This document shows, in pieces, positions 37,001-50,844 of a stretch of DNA of 64,000 nucleotides. The notes beneath the pieces are model-generated. The model was not told where the DNA came from and made no database searches. It worked only from the letters and a program-made list of their open reading frames with translations. The translations under genes and the position numbers were made by a program. The first letter of the stretch is position 1. Each line of letters opens with the position of its first letter. The stretch comes from Eledone cirrhosa (lineage: Eukaryota): positions 2,604,001 through 2,668,000 of the forward strand of contig OZ024764.1 in NCBI GenBank assembly GCA_964016885.1, given 5' to 3'.

Positions 37001-40000
37001 GTTCCATGGAGGTTTTAATGGATGCAGTGTCTCGACAGCTAACAACTGATGCAGGTAGTTTGTTCCATGGAGGTTTTAATGGATGCAGTGTCTCGACAGC
37101 TAACAACTGATGCAGGTAGTTTGTTCCATGGAAGTTGTAAAGGATGCAGTGTCTCAACAGCTAACAACTAATGCAGCTAGTTTGTTCCATAGAGGTTTGT
37201 TCCATGGAGGTTTTAAAGGATGCAGTGTCTCGACAACTAACAACTGATGCAGGTAGTTTGTTCCATTGTTCCATGGAGGTTTTAAAGGATGCAGTGTCTC
37301 GACAACTAACAACTGATGCAGGTAGTTTGTTCCATTGTTCCATGGAGGTTTTAAAGGATGCAGAGTCTCGACAGCTAACAACTGATGCAGGTAGTTTGTT
37401 CCATGGAGGTTTTAATGGATGCAGTGTCTCGACAGCTAACAACTGATGCAGGTAGTTTGTTCCATGGAGGTTTTAATGGATGCAGTGTCTCGACAGCTAA
37501 CAACTGATGCAGGTAGTTTGTTCCATGGAAGTTGTAAAGGATGCAGTGTCTCAACAGCTAACAACTGATGCAGCTAGTTTGTTCCATAGAGGTTTTAAAG
37601 GATGCAGTGTCTCGACAACTAACAACTGATGCAGGTAGTTTGTTCCATTGTTCCATGGAGGTTTTAAAGGATGCAGAGTCTCGACAGCTAACAACTGATG
37701 CAGGTAGTTTGTTCCATGGAGGTTTTAATGGATGCAGTGTCTCGACAGCTAACAACTGATGCAGGTAGTTTGTTCTATGGAGGTTTTAATGGATGCAGTG
37801 TCTCGACAGCTAACAACTGATGCAGGTAGTTTGTTCCATGGAGGTTTTAATGGATGTAGTGTCTCGACAGCTAACAACTGATGCAGGTAGTTTGTTCCAT
37901 GGAGGTTTTAAAGGATGCAGTGTCTCGACAGCTAACAACTGATGCAGGTAGTTTGTTCCATGGAAGTTGTAAAGGATGCAGTGTCTCGACAGCTAACAAC
38001 TGATGCAGGTAGTTTGTTCCATGGAGGTTTTAAAGGATGCAGTGTCTCGACAGCTAACAACTGATGCAGGTAGTTTGTTCCATGGAAGTTGTAAAGGATG
38101 CAGTGTCTCGACAGCTAACAACTGATACTGGTAGTTTGTTCCATAGAGGTTTTAAAGGATGCAGTGTCTCGACAACTAACAACTGATGCAGGTAGTTTGT
38201 TCCATGGAGGTTTTAAAGGATGCAGTGTCTCGACAGCTAACAACTGATGCAGGTAGTTTGTTCCATGGAGGTTTTAAAGGATGCAGTGTCTCGACAGCTA
38301 ACAACTGATGCAGGTAGTTTGTTCCATGGAGGTTTTAAAGGGTGAAGTGTCTCGACAGCTAACAACTGATGCAGGTAGTTTGTTCCATGGAGGTTTTAAT
38401 GGATGCAGTGTCTCGACAGCTAACAACTGATGCAGGTAGTTTGTTCCATGGAGGTTTTAATGGATGCAGTGTCTCGACAGCTAACAACTGATGCAGGTAG
38501 TTTGTTCCATGGAGGTTTTAATGGATGCAGTGTCTCGACAGCTAACAACTGATGCAGGTAGTTTGTTCCATGGAAGTTGTAAAGGATGCAGTGTCTCAAC
38601 AGCCAACAACTGATGCAGCTAGTTTGTTCCATAGAGGTTTGTTCCATGGAGGTTTTAAAGGATGCAGTGTCTCGACAACTAACAACTGATGCAGGTAGTT
38701 TGTTCCATTGTTCCATGGAGGTTTTAAAGGATGCAGTGTCTCGACAGCTAACAACTGATGCAGGTAGTTTGTTCCATGGAGGTTTTAATGGATGCAGTGT
38801 CTCGACAGCTAACAACTGATGCAGGTAGTTTGTTCCATGGAGGTTTTAATGGATGCAGTGTCTCGACAGCTAACAACTGATGCAGGTAGTTTGTTCCATG
38901 GAGGTTTTAATGGATGCAGTGTCTCGACAGCTAACAACTGATGCAGGTAGTTTGTTCCATGGAAGTTGTAAAGGATGCAGTGTCTCAACAGCTAACAACT
39001 GATGCAGCTAGTTTGTTCCATAGAGGTTTGTTCCATGGAGGTTTTAAAGGATGCAGTGTCTCGACAACTAACAACTGATGCAGGTAGTTTGTTCCATTGT
39101 TCCATGGAGGTTTTAAAGGATGCAGTGTCTCGACAGCTAACAACTGATGCAGGTAGTTTGTTCCATGGAGGTTTTAATGGATGCAGTGTCTCGACAGCTA
39201 ACAACTGATGCAGGTAGTTTGTTCCATGGAGGTTTTAATGGATGCAGTGTCTCGACAGCTAACAACTGATGCAGGTAGTTTGTTCCATGGAGGTTTTAAT
39301 GGATGCAGTGTCTCGACAGCTAACAACTGATGCAGGTAGTTTGTTCCATGGAAGTTGTAAAGGATGCAGTGTCTCAACAGCTAACAACTGATGCAGCTAG
39401 TTTGTTCCATAGAGGTTTGTTCCATGGAGGTTTTAAAGGATGCAGTGTCTCGACAACTAACAACTGATGCAGGTAGTTTGTTCCATTGTTCCATGGAGGT
39501 TTTAAAGGATGCAGTGTCTCGACAGCTAACAACTGATGCAGGTAGTTTGTTCCATGGAAGTTGTAAAGGATGCAGTGTCTCAACAGCTAACAACTGATGC
39601 AGCTAGTTTGTTCCATAGAGGTTTGTTCCATGGAGGTTTTAAAGGATGCAGTGTCTCGACAGCTAACAACTGATGCAGCTAGTTTGTTCCATGGAAGTTG
39701 TAAAGGATGCAGTGTCTCGACAGCTAACAACTGATGCAGGTAGTTTGTTCCATGGAGGTTTTAATGGATGCAGTGTCTCGACAGCTAACAACTGATGCAG
39801 GTAGTTTGTTCCATGGAGGTTTTAATGGATGCAGTGTCTCGACAGCTAACAACTGATGCAGGTAGTTTGTTCCATGGAGGTTTTAATGGATGCAGTGTCT
39901 CGACAGCTAACAACTGATGCAGGTAGTTTGTTCCATGGAAGTTGTAAAGGATGCAGTGTCTCAACAGCTAACAACTGATGCAGCTAGTTTGTTCCATAGA

Positions 40001-43000
40001 GGTTTGTTCCATGGAGGTTTTAAAGGATGCAGTGTCTCGACAACTAACAACTGATGCAGGTAGTTTGTTCCATTGTTCCATGGAGGTTTTAAAGGATGCA
40101 GTGTCTCGACAGCTAACAACTGATGCAGGTAGTTTGTTCCATGGAGGTTTTAATGGATGCAGTGTCTCGACAGCTAACAACTGATGCAGGTAGTTTGTTC
40201 CATGGAGGTTTTAATGGATGCAGTGTCTCGACAGCTAACAACTGATGCAGGTAGTTTGTTCCATGGAGGTTTTAATGGATGCAGTGTCTCGACAGCTAAC
40301 AACTGATGCAGGTAGTTTGTTCCATGGAAGTTGTAAAGGATGCAGTGTCTCAACAGCTAACAACTAATGCAGCTAGTTTGTTCCATAGAGGTTTGTTCCA
40401 TGGAGGTTTTAAAGGATGCAGTGTCTCGACAACTAACAACTGATGCAGGTAGTTTGTTCCATTGTTCCATGGAGGTTTTAAAGGATGCAGTGTCTCGACA
40501 ACTAACAACTGATGCAGGTAGTTTGTTCCATTGTTCCATGGAGGTTTTAAAGGATGCAGAGTCTCGACAGCTAACAACTGATGCAGGTAGTTTGTTCCAT
40601 GGAGGTTTTAATGGATGCAGTGTCTCGACAGCTAACAACTGATGCAGGTAGTTTGTTCCATGGAGGTTTTAATGGATGCAGTGTCTCGACAGCTAACAAC
40701 TGATGCAGGTAGTTTGTTCCATGGAAGTTGTAAAGGATGCAGTGTCTCAACAGCTAACAACTGATGCAGCTAGTTTGTTCCATAGAGGTTTTAAAGGATG
40801 CAGTGTCTCGACAACTAACAACTGATGCAGGTAGTTTGTTCCATTGTTCCATGGAGGTTTTAAAGGATGCAGAGTCTCGACAGCTAACAACTGATGCAGG
40901 TAGTTTGTTCCATGGAGGTTTTAATGGATGCAGTGTCTCGACAGCTAACAACTGATGCAGGTAGTTTGTTCTATGGAGGTTTTAATGGATGCAGTGTCTC
41001 GACAGCTAACAACTGATGCAGGTAGTTTGTTCCATGGAGGTTTTAATGGATGTAGTGTCTCGACAGCTAACAACTGATGCAGGTAGTTTGTTCCATGGAG
41101 GTTTTAAAGGATGCAGTGTCTCGACAGCTAACAACTGATGCAGGTAGTTTGTTCCATGGAAGTTGTAAAGGATGCAGTGTCTCGACAGCTAACAACTGAT
41201 GCAGGTAGTTTGTTCCATGGAGGTTTTAAAGGATGCAGTGTCTCGACAGCTAACAACTGATGCAGGTAGTTTGTTCCATGGAAGTTGTAAAGGATGCAGT
41301 GTCTCGACAGCTAACAACTGATACTGGTAGTTTGTTCCATAGAGGTTTTAAAGGATGCAGTGTCTCGACAACTAACAACTGATGCAGGTAGTTTGTTCCA
41401 TGGAGGTTTTAAAGGATGCAGTGTCTCGACAGCTAACAACTGATACTGGTAGTTTGTTCCATAGAGGTTTTAAAGGATGCAGTGTCTCGACAGCTAACAA
41501 CTGATGCAGGTAGTTTGTTCCATGGAGGTTTTAAAGGATGCAGTGTCTCAACAGCTAACAACTGATGCAGGTAGTTTGTTCCATGGAGGTTTTAAAGGAT
41601 GCAGTGTCTCGACAGCTAACAACTGATGCAGGTAGTTTGTTCCATGGAGGTTTTAAAGGATGCAGTGTCTCGACAGCTAACAACTGATGCAGGTAGTTTG
41701 TTCCATGGAGGTTTTAAAGGGTGAAGTGTCTCGACAGCTAACAACTGATGCAGGTAGTTTGTTCCATGGAGGTTTTAAAGGATGCAGTGTCTCGACTGAT
41801 GCAGCTAGTTTGTTCCATAGAGGTTTGTTCCATGGAGGTTTTAAAGGATGCAGTGTCTCGACAGCTAACAACTGATGCTGGCAGTTTGTTCCATGGAGGT
41901 TTTAAAGGATGCAGTGTCTCGACAGCTAACAACTGATGCAGGTAGTTTGTTCCATGGAGGTTTTAATGGATGCAGTGTCACGACAGCTAACAACTGATGC
42001 AGGTAGTTTGTTCCATGGAGGTTTTAATGGATGCAGTGTCACGACAGCTAACAACTGATGCAGGTAGTTTGTTCCATGGAGGTTTTAAAGGATGCAGTGT
42101 CTCGACAGCTAACAACTGATGCAGGTAGTTTGTTCCATAGAGGTTTTAAAGGATGCAGTGTCTCGACAGCTAACAACTGATGCAGGTAGTTTGTTCCATG
42201 GAGGTTTTAAAGGATGCAGTGTCTCGACAGCTAACAACTGATGGAGGTAGTTTGTTCCATGGAGGTTTTAAAGGATGCAGTGTCTCGACAGCTAACAACT
42301 GATGCAGGTAGTTTGTTCCATGGAGGTTTTAAAGGATGCAGTGTCTCGACAGCTAACAACTGATGGAGGTAGTTTGTTCCATGGAGGTTTTAAAGGATGC
42401 AGTGTCTCGATAGCTAACAACTGATGCAGGTAGTTTGTTCCATGGAGGTTTTAAAGGATGCAGTGTCTCGATAGCTAACAACTGATGCAGGTAGTTTGTT
42501 CCATGGAGGTTTTAAAGGATGCAGTGTCTCGACAGCTAACAACTGATGGAGGTAGTTTGTTCCATGGAGGTTTTAAAGGATGCAGTGTCTCGACAGCTAA
42601 CAACTGATGCAGGTAGTTTGCTCCATGGAGGTTTTAAAGGATGCAGTGTCTCGACAGCTAACAACTGATGGAGGTAGTTTGTTCCATGGAGGTTTTAAAG
42701 GATGCAGTGTCTCGACAGCTAACAACTGATGCAGGTAGTTTGTTCCATGGAGGTTTTAAAGGATGCAGTGTCTCGACAGCTAACAACTGATGCAGGTAGT
42801 TTGTTCCATGGAGGTTTTAAAGGATGCAGTGTCTCGACAGCTAACAACTGATGCAGCTAGTTTGTTCCATGGAAGTTGTAAAGGATGCAGTGTCTCGACA
42901 GCTAACAACTGATGCAGGTAGTTTGTTCCATGGAGGTTGTAAAGGATGCAGTGTCTCGACAGCTAACAACTGATGCAGGTAGTTTGTTCCATGGAGGTTT

Positions 43001-46000
43001 TAATGGATGCAGTGTCTCGACAGCTAACAACTGATGCAGGTAGTTTGTTCCATGGAAGTTGTAAAGGATGCAGTGTCTCAACAGCTAACAACTGATGCAG
43101 CTAGTTTGTTCCATAGAGGTTTGTTCCATGGAGGTTTTAAAGGATGCAGTGTCTCGACAGCTAACAACTGATGCAGCTAGTTTGTTCCATGGAAGTTGTA
43201 AAGGATGCAGTGTCTCGACAGCTAACAACTGATGCAGGTAGTTTGTTCCATGGAGGTTTTAATGGATGCAGTGTCTCGACAGCTAACAACTGATGCAGGT
43301 AGTTTGTTCCATGGAGGTTTTAATGGATGCAGTGTCTCGACAGCTAACAACTGATGCAGGTAGTTTGTTCCATGGAGGTTTTAATGGATGCAGTGTCTCG
43401 ACAGCTAACAACTGATGCAGGTAGTTTGTTCCATGGAAGTTGTAAAGGATGCAGTGTCTCAACAGCTAACAACTGATGCAGCTAGTTTGTTCCATAGAGG
43501 TTTGTTCCATGGAGGTTTTAAAGGATGCAGTGTCTCGACAGCTAACAACTGATGCAGCTAGTTTGTTCCATGGAAGTTGTAAAGGATGCAGTGTCTCGAC
43601 AGCTAACAACCGATGCAGGTAGTTTGTTCCATGGAGGTTTTAATGGATGCAGTGTCTCGACAGCTAACAACTGATGCAGGTAGTTTGTTCCATGGAGGTT
43701 TTAATGGATGCAGTGTCTCGACAGCTAACAACTGATGCAGGTAGTTTGTTCCATGGAAGTTGTAAAGGATGCAGTGTCTCAACAGCTAGCAACTGATGCA
43801 GCTAGTTTGTTCCATAGAGGTTTGTTCCATGGAGGTTTTAAAGGATGCAGTGTCTCGACAACTAACAACTGATGCAGGTAGTTTGTTCCATTGTTCCATG
43901 GAGGTTTTAAAGGATGCAGTGTCTCGACAGCTAACAACTGATGCAGGTAGTTTGTTCCATGGAAGTTGTAAAGGATGCAGTGTCTCAACAGCTAACAACT
44001 GATGCAGCTAGTTTGTTCCATAGAGGTTTGTTCCATGGAGGTTTTAAAGGATGCAGTGTCTCGACAGCTAACAACTGATGCAGCTAGTTTGTTCCATGGA
44101 AGTTGTAAAGGATGCAGTGTCTCGACAGCTAACAACTGATGCAGGTAGTTTGTTCCATGGAGGTTTTAATGGATGCAGTGTCTCGACAGCTAACAACTGA
44201 TGCAGGTAGTTTGTTCCATGGAGGTTTTAATGGATGCAGTGTCTCGACAGCTAACAACTGATGCAGGTAGTTTGTTCCATGGAGGTTTTAATGGATGCAG
44301 TGTCTCGACAGCTAACAACTGATGCAGGTAGTTTGTTCCATGGAAGTTGTAAAGGATGCAGTGTCTCAACAGCTAACAACTGATGCAGCTAGTTTGTTCC
44401 ATAGAGGTTTGTTCAATGGAGGTTTTAAAGGATGCAGTGTCTCGACAGCTAACAACTGATGCAGCTAGTTTGTTCCATGGAAGTTGTAAAGGATGCAGTG
44501 TCTCGACAGCTAACAACTGATGCAGGTAGTTTGTTCCATGGAGGTTGTAAAGGATGCAGTGTCTCGACAGCTAACAACTGATGCAGGTAGTTTGTTCCAT
44601 GGAGGTTTTAATGGATGCAGTGTCTCGACAGCTAACAACTGATGCAGGTAGTTTGTTCCATGGAAGTTGTAAAGGATGCAGTGTCTCAACAGCTAACAAC
44701 TGATGCAGCTAGTTTGTTCCATAGAGGTTTGTTCCATGGAGGTTTTAAAGGATGCAGTGTCTCGACAGCTAACAACTGATGCAGCTAGTTTGTTCCATGG
44801 AAGTTGTAAAGGATGCAGTGTCTCGACAGCTAACAACTGATGCAGGTAGTTTGTTCCATGGAGGTTTTAATGGATGCAGTGTCTCGACAGCTAACAACTG
44901 ATGCAGGTAGTTTGTTCCATGGAGGTTTTAATGGATGCAGTGTCTCGACAGCTAACAACTGATGCAGGTAGTTTGTTCCATGGAGGTTTTAATGGATGCA
45001 GTGTCTCGACAGCTAACAACTGATGCAGGTAGTTTGTTCCATGGAAGTTGTAAAGGATGCAGTGTCTCAACAGCTAACAACTGATGCAGCTAGTTTGTTC
45101 CATAGAGGTTTGTTCCATGGAGGTTTTAAAGGATGCAGTGTCTCGACAGCTAACAACTGATGCAGCTAGTTTGTTCCATGGAAGTTGTAAAGGATGCAGT
45201 GTCTCGACAGCTAACAACTGATGCAGGTAGTTTGTTCCATGGAGGTTTTAATGGATGCAGTGTCTCGACAGCTAACAACTGATGCAGGTAGTTTGTTCCA
45301 TGGAGGTTTTAATGGATGCAGTGTCTCGACAGCTAACAACTGATGCAGGTAGTTTGTTCCATGGAGGTTTTAATGGATGCAGTATCTCGACAGCTAACAA
45401 CTGATGCAGGTAGTTTGTTCCATGGAAGTTGTAAAGGATGCAGTGTCTCAACAGCTAACAACTGATGCAGCTAGTTTGTTCCATAGAGGTTTGTCCCATG
45501 GAGGTTTTAAAGGATGCAGTGTCTCGAGAGCTAACAACTGATGCAGCTAGTTTGTTCCATGGAAGTTGTAAAGGATGCAGTGTCTCGACAGCTAACAACC
45601 GATGCAGGTAGTTTGTTCCATGGAGGTTTTAATGGATGCAGTGTCTCGACAGCTAACAACTGATGCAGGTAGTTTGTTCCATGGAGGTTTTAATGGATGC
45701 AGTGTCTCGACAGCTAACAACTGATGCAGGTAGTTTGTTCCATGGAAGTTGTAAAGGATGCAGTGTCTCAACAGCTAGCAACTGATGCAGCTAGTTTGTT
45801 CCATAGAGGTTTGTTCCATGGAGGTTTTAAAGGATGCAGTGTCTCGACAACTAACAACTGATGCAGGTAGTTTGTTCCATTGTTCCATGGAGGTTTTAAA
45901 GGATGCAGTGTCTCGACAGCTAACAACTGATGCAGGTAGTTTGTTCCATGGAAGTTGTAAAGGATGCAGTGTCTCAACAGCTAACAACTGATGCAGCTAG

Positions 46001-49000
46001 TTTGTTCCATAGAGGTTTGTTCCATGGAGGTTTTAAAGGATGCAGTGTCTCGACAGCTAACAACTGATGCAGCTAGTTTGTTCCATGGAAGTTGTAAAGG
46101 ATGCAGTGTCTCGACAGCTAACAACTGATGCAGGTAGTTTGTTCCATGGAGGTTTTAATGGATGCAGTGTCTCGACAGCTAACAACTGATGCAGGTAGTT
46201 TGTTCCATGGAGGTTTTAATGGATGCAGTGTCTCGACAGCTAACAACTGATGCAGGTAGTTTGTTCCATGGAGGTTTTAATGGATGCAGTGTCTCGACAG
46301 CTAACAACTGATGCAGGTAGTTTGTTCCATGGAAGTTGTAAAGGATGCAGTGTCTCAACAGCTAACAACTGATGCAGCTAGTTTGTTCCATAGAGGTTTG
46401 TTCCATGGAGGTTTTAAAGGATGCAGTGTCTCGACAACTAACAACTGATGCAGGTAGTTTGTTCCATTGTTCCATGGAGGTTTTAAAGGATGCAGTGTCT
46501 CGACAGCTAACAACTGATGCAGGTAGTTTGTTCCATGGAGGTTTTAATGGATGCAGTGTCTCGACAGCTAACAACTGATGCAGGTAGTTTGTTCCATGGA
46601 GGTTTTAATGGATGCAGTGTCTCGACAGCTAACAACTGATGCAGGTAGTTTGTTCCATGGAGGTTTTAATGGATGCAGTGTCTCGACAGCTAACAACTGA
46701 TGCAGGTAGTTTGTTCCATGGAGGTTTTAATGGATGCAGTGTCTCGACAGCTAACAACTGATGCAGGTAGTTTGTTCCATGGAGGTTTTAATGGATGCAG
46801 TGTCTCGACAGCTAACAACTGATGCAGGTAGTTTGTTCCATGGAAGTTGTAAAGGATGCAGTGTCTCAACAGCTAACAACTGATGCAGCTAGTTTGTTCC
46901 ATAGAGGTTTGTTCCATGGAGGTTTTAAAGGATGCAGTGTCTCGACAACTAACAACTGATGCAGGTAGTTTGGTCCATTGTTCCATGGAGGTTTTAAAGG
47001 ATGCAGTGTCTCGACAACTAACAACTGATGCAGGTAGTTTGTTCCATTGTTCCATGGAGGTTTTAAAGGATGCAGAGTCTCGACAGCTAACAACTGATGC
47101 AGGTAGTTTGTTCCATGGAGGTTTTAATGGATGCAGTGTCTCGACAGCTAACAACTGATGCAGGTAGTTTGTTCCATGGAGGTTTTAATGGATGCAGTGT
47201 CTCGACAGCTAACAACTGATGCAGGTAGTTTGTTCCATGGAAGTTGTAAAGGATGCAGTGTCTCAACAGCTAACAACTGATGCAGCTAGTTTGTTCCATA
47301 GAGGTTTTAAAGGATGCAGTGTCTCGACAACTAACAACTGATGCAGGTAGTTTGTTCCATTGTTCCATGGAGGTTTTAAAGGATGCAGAGTCTCGACAGC
47401 TAACAACTGATGCAGGTAGTTTGTTCCATGGAGGTTTTAATGGATGCAGTGTCTCGACAGCTAACAACTGATGCAGGTAGTTTGTTCTATGGAGGTTTTA
47501 ATGGATGCAGTGTCTCGACAGCTAACAACTGATGCAGGTAGTTTGTTCCATGGAGGTTTTAATGGATGTAGTGTCTCGACAGCTAACAACTGATGCAGGT
47601 AGTTTGTTCCATGGAGGTTTTAAAGGATGCAGTGTCTCGACAGCTAACAACTGATGCAGGTAGTTTGTTCCATGGAAGTTGTAAAGGATGCAGTGTCTCG
47701 ACAGCTAACAACTGATGCAGGTAGTTTGTTCCATGGAGGTTTTAAAGGATGCAGTGTCTCGACAGCTAACAACTGATGCAGGTAGTTTGTTCCATGGAAG
47801 TTGTAAAGGATGCAGTGTCTCGACAGCTAACAACTGATGCAGCTAGTTTGTTCCATGGAAGTTGTAAAGGATGCAGTGTCTCGACAGCTAACAACTGATA
47901 CTGGTAGTTTGTTCCATAGAGGTTTTAAAGGATGCAGTGTCTCGACAACTAACAACTGATGCAGGTAGTTTGTTCCATGGAGGTTTTAAAGGATGCAGTG
48001 TCTCGACAGCTAACAACTGATACTGGTAGTTTGTTCCATAGAGGTTTTAAAGGATGCAGTGTCTCGACAGCTAACAACTGATGCAGGTAGTTTGTTCCAT
48101 GGAGGTTTTAAAGGATGCAGTGTCTCAACAGCTAACAACTGATACAGGTAGTTTGTTCCATGGAGGTTTTAAAGGATGCAGTGTCTCGACAGCTAACAAC
48201 TGATGCAGGTAGTTTGTTCCATGGAGGTTTTAAAGGGTGCAGTGTCTCGACAGCTAACAACTGATGCAGGTAGTTTGTTCCATGGAGGTTTTAAAGGATG
48301 CAGTGTCTCAACAGCTAACAACTGATGCAGGTAGTTTGTTCCATGGAGGTTTTAAAGGATGCAGTGTCTCGACAGCTAACAACTGATGCAGGTAGTTTGT
48401 TCCATGGAGGTTTTAAAGGATGCAGTGTCTCGACAGCTAACAACTGATGCAGGTAGTTTGTTCCATGGAGGTTGTAAAGGATGCAGTGTCTCGACAGCTA
48501 ACAACTGATGCAGGTAGTTTGTTCCATGGAGGTTTTAAAGGGTGCAGTGTCTCGACAACTAACAACTGATGCAGGTAGTTTGTTCCATGGAGGTTTTAAA
48601 GGGTGTAGTGTCTCGACAGCTAACAACTGATGCAGGTAGTTTGTTCCATGGAGGTTTTAAAGGGTGCAGTGTCTCGACAACTAACAACTGATGCAGGTAG
48701 TTTGTTCCATGGAGGTTTTAAAGGATGCAGTGTCTCGACAGCTAACAACTGATGCTGGTAGTTTGTTCCATGGAGGTTTTAAAGGATGCAGTGTCTCGAC
48801 AGTTAACAACTGATGCAGGTAGTTTGTTCCATGGAGGTTGTAAAGGATGCAGTGTCTCGACAGCTAACAACTGATGCAGCTAGTTTGTTCCATGGAGGTT
48901 TTAAAGGATGCAGTGTCTCGACAGCTAACAACTGATGCAGGTAGTTTGTTCCATGGAGGTTTTAAAGGATGCAGTGTCTCGACAGTTAACAACTGATGCA

Positions 49001-49390
49001 GGGAGTTTGTTCCATGGACGTTTGTTCCATGGAGGTTTTAATGGATGCAGTGTCTCGACAGCTAACAACTGATGCAGGTAGTTTGTTCCATGGAGGTTGT
49101 AAAGGATGCAGTGTCTCGACAGCTAACAACTGATGCAGCTAGTTTGTTCCATGGAGGTTTTAAAGGATGCAGTGTCTCGACAGCTAACAACTGATGCAGG
49201 TAGTTTGTTCCATGGAGGTTTTAAAGGATGCAGTGTCTCGACAGTTAACAACTGATGCAGGGAGTTTGTTCCATGGACGTTTGTTCCATGGAGGTTTTAA
49301 TGGATGCAGTGTCTCGACAGCTAACAACTGATGCAGGTAGTTTGTTCCATGCTTCAGCATGCGAAGAAGCCGGAAAAATTTCCTTGAGTT
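34012..49390 (-). mobile_element. CR1-like LINE 3' end whose ORF2 terminal 61 bp is expanded into a 15-kb satellite
   Basis: Right flank reads ..FF...AEAWNKLPASVV; left flank ..KTLMLPEIRQNYT* then 3' UTR ending GTGCACCTGAGCACTGTACACAATATTTTC(ATT)n. Confidence 0.78.
34203..49350. repeat. 61-bp satellite (~240 units) with higher-order structure
   Basis: Unit GATGCAGTGTCTCGACAGCTAACAACTGATGCAGGTAGTTTGTTCCATGGAGGTTTTAAAG. Confidence 0.97.
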
Positions 49391-49435
49391 CATTAGATTA
49401 CAGGGATTAACGTGAGTCCTTTACTCTGTAGCTTC

Positions 49436-49502
<67 letters not shown>

Positions 49503-50001
49503 TTATTTAGGTTTGTTGATTCACCACTGGATAGAACAGGTCATTCCGTATAGTCAACCTTGATGTAATATTAGGGAAAGCACTCAACGTAATGCAACTC
49601 ACCCGTCTTCGTTTGTGTAGTTGGTGGTGCGAGTACTGAGTTAATTATTATAAGGAGGCTGGACTGGTGTAATTCCTTAAAGGTTTATTATACTATGAAC
49701 ACTTCAATGACCGGGTTCAGTATGAATCCGGGGACATCATCAGGTATTAGAAATTTAACAAAGGAATATAATCCATGGAGCTGAAAAGGCAGAAAGACGG
49801 CCACACATTTAGTAGTTTCTTGTTCGGTTGACTGCCCTTAATATATATATATATATAAGTTTATCGTGGCTTCAATCAAGGGTAACCACAGTAAGTAAGG
49901 TACTCAATACATAGTAGAGTATAAATGTTTTAATATAAAAAAGCTTCTACAGGACTAGAACTGTTTCATACAAATGAAAGAGTTCTAGTCCTGTAGAAGC
50001 C

Positions 50002-50032
<31 letters not shown>

Positions 50033-50185
50033 TCTTCTTATAAAGAGCAGCAGACATGAAGTATATATATATTTATTCATTTAACAGAGAAATGGCTTCT
50101 ACAGGATTAGAACTTTTTTGTTTGTAAGAAATCATCAGGAATGCATACTAGGATCAAATATATATTTTGTTTATAGTTGAAATTG

Positions 50186-50713
50186 TATTTCAATTAATTA
50201 ATGAAGAATTTTGAGGGATTTACTAAAATTATTAATTATTTTATTATTAAGATAGTAACTTAAACCTTATAATTCAATTAATTAATGAAGAATTTAGGGA
50301 GATTTACTAAAATTATTAATTAGCCAGACCTAACAGAAAATATGATTTAAAAAATTCAAACCAGATCTTTTCTCCATCGCCACTGTTATTTTCTCTGAAA
50401 TAATTTATGAAACACACCATATAATGTGTCTATATTGTTTATATTTCAATAGGAGGGGGTTAGATTTGAGACAAACTTCGCTGGGTATTTTTTTTTTTTG
50501 TTCAAGCAGAACGAACGACATTAGTTACGTGCTTATCAGAGTTATCTCCCTTGTACTGTTAATTTTGGGGTTTTGTCAATAAATAATCTCGGATTTATAA
50601 AATGTATTTTTCATGAATTAATTGAAATAGTGTTTAAGTTACTATCTTAGTAATCAAATAATTAATCATTTTATTAGTAAATCTCTCAAAGTTCTTCATT
50701 AATTAATTGAAAT
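50186..50713. repeat. AT-rich inverted repeat (~100-bp arms at 50186-50290 and 50612-50713), MITE-like
   Basis: ATTTCAATTAATTAATGAAGAA.TTTGAG.GATTTACTAA...AAGATAGTAACTTAAAC is present in both orientations. Confidence 0.65.
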
Positions 50714-50844
50714 CAGCCCTAATACTATATGCCATGTGTGTTTATATATTTATATATATTTATATTTATATCTTTCTCTAACTTAAAATTTTACACATAG
50801 AAACATACACTAATAGACGGTCATGTCTTCCTTGGCCTTCTTTG

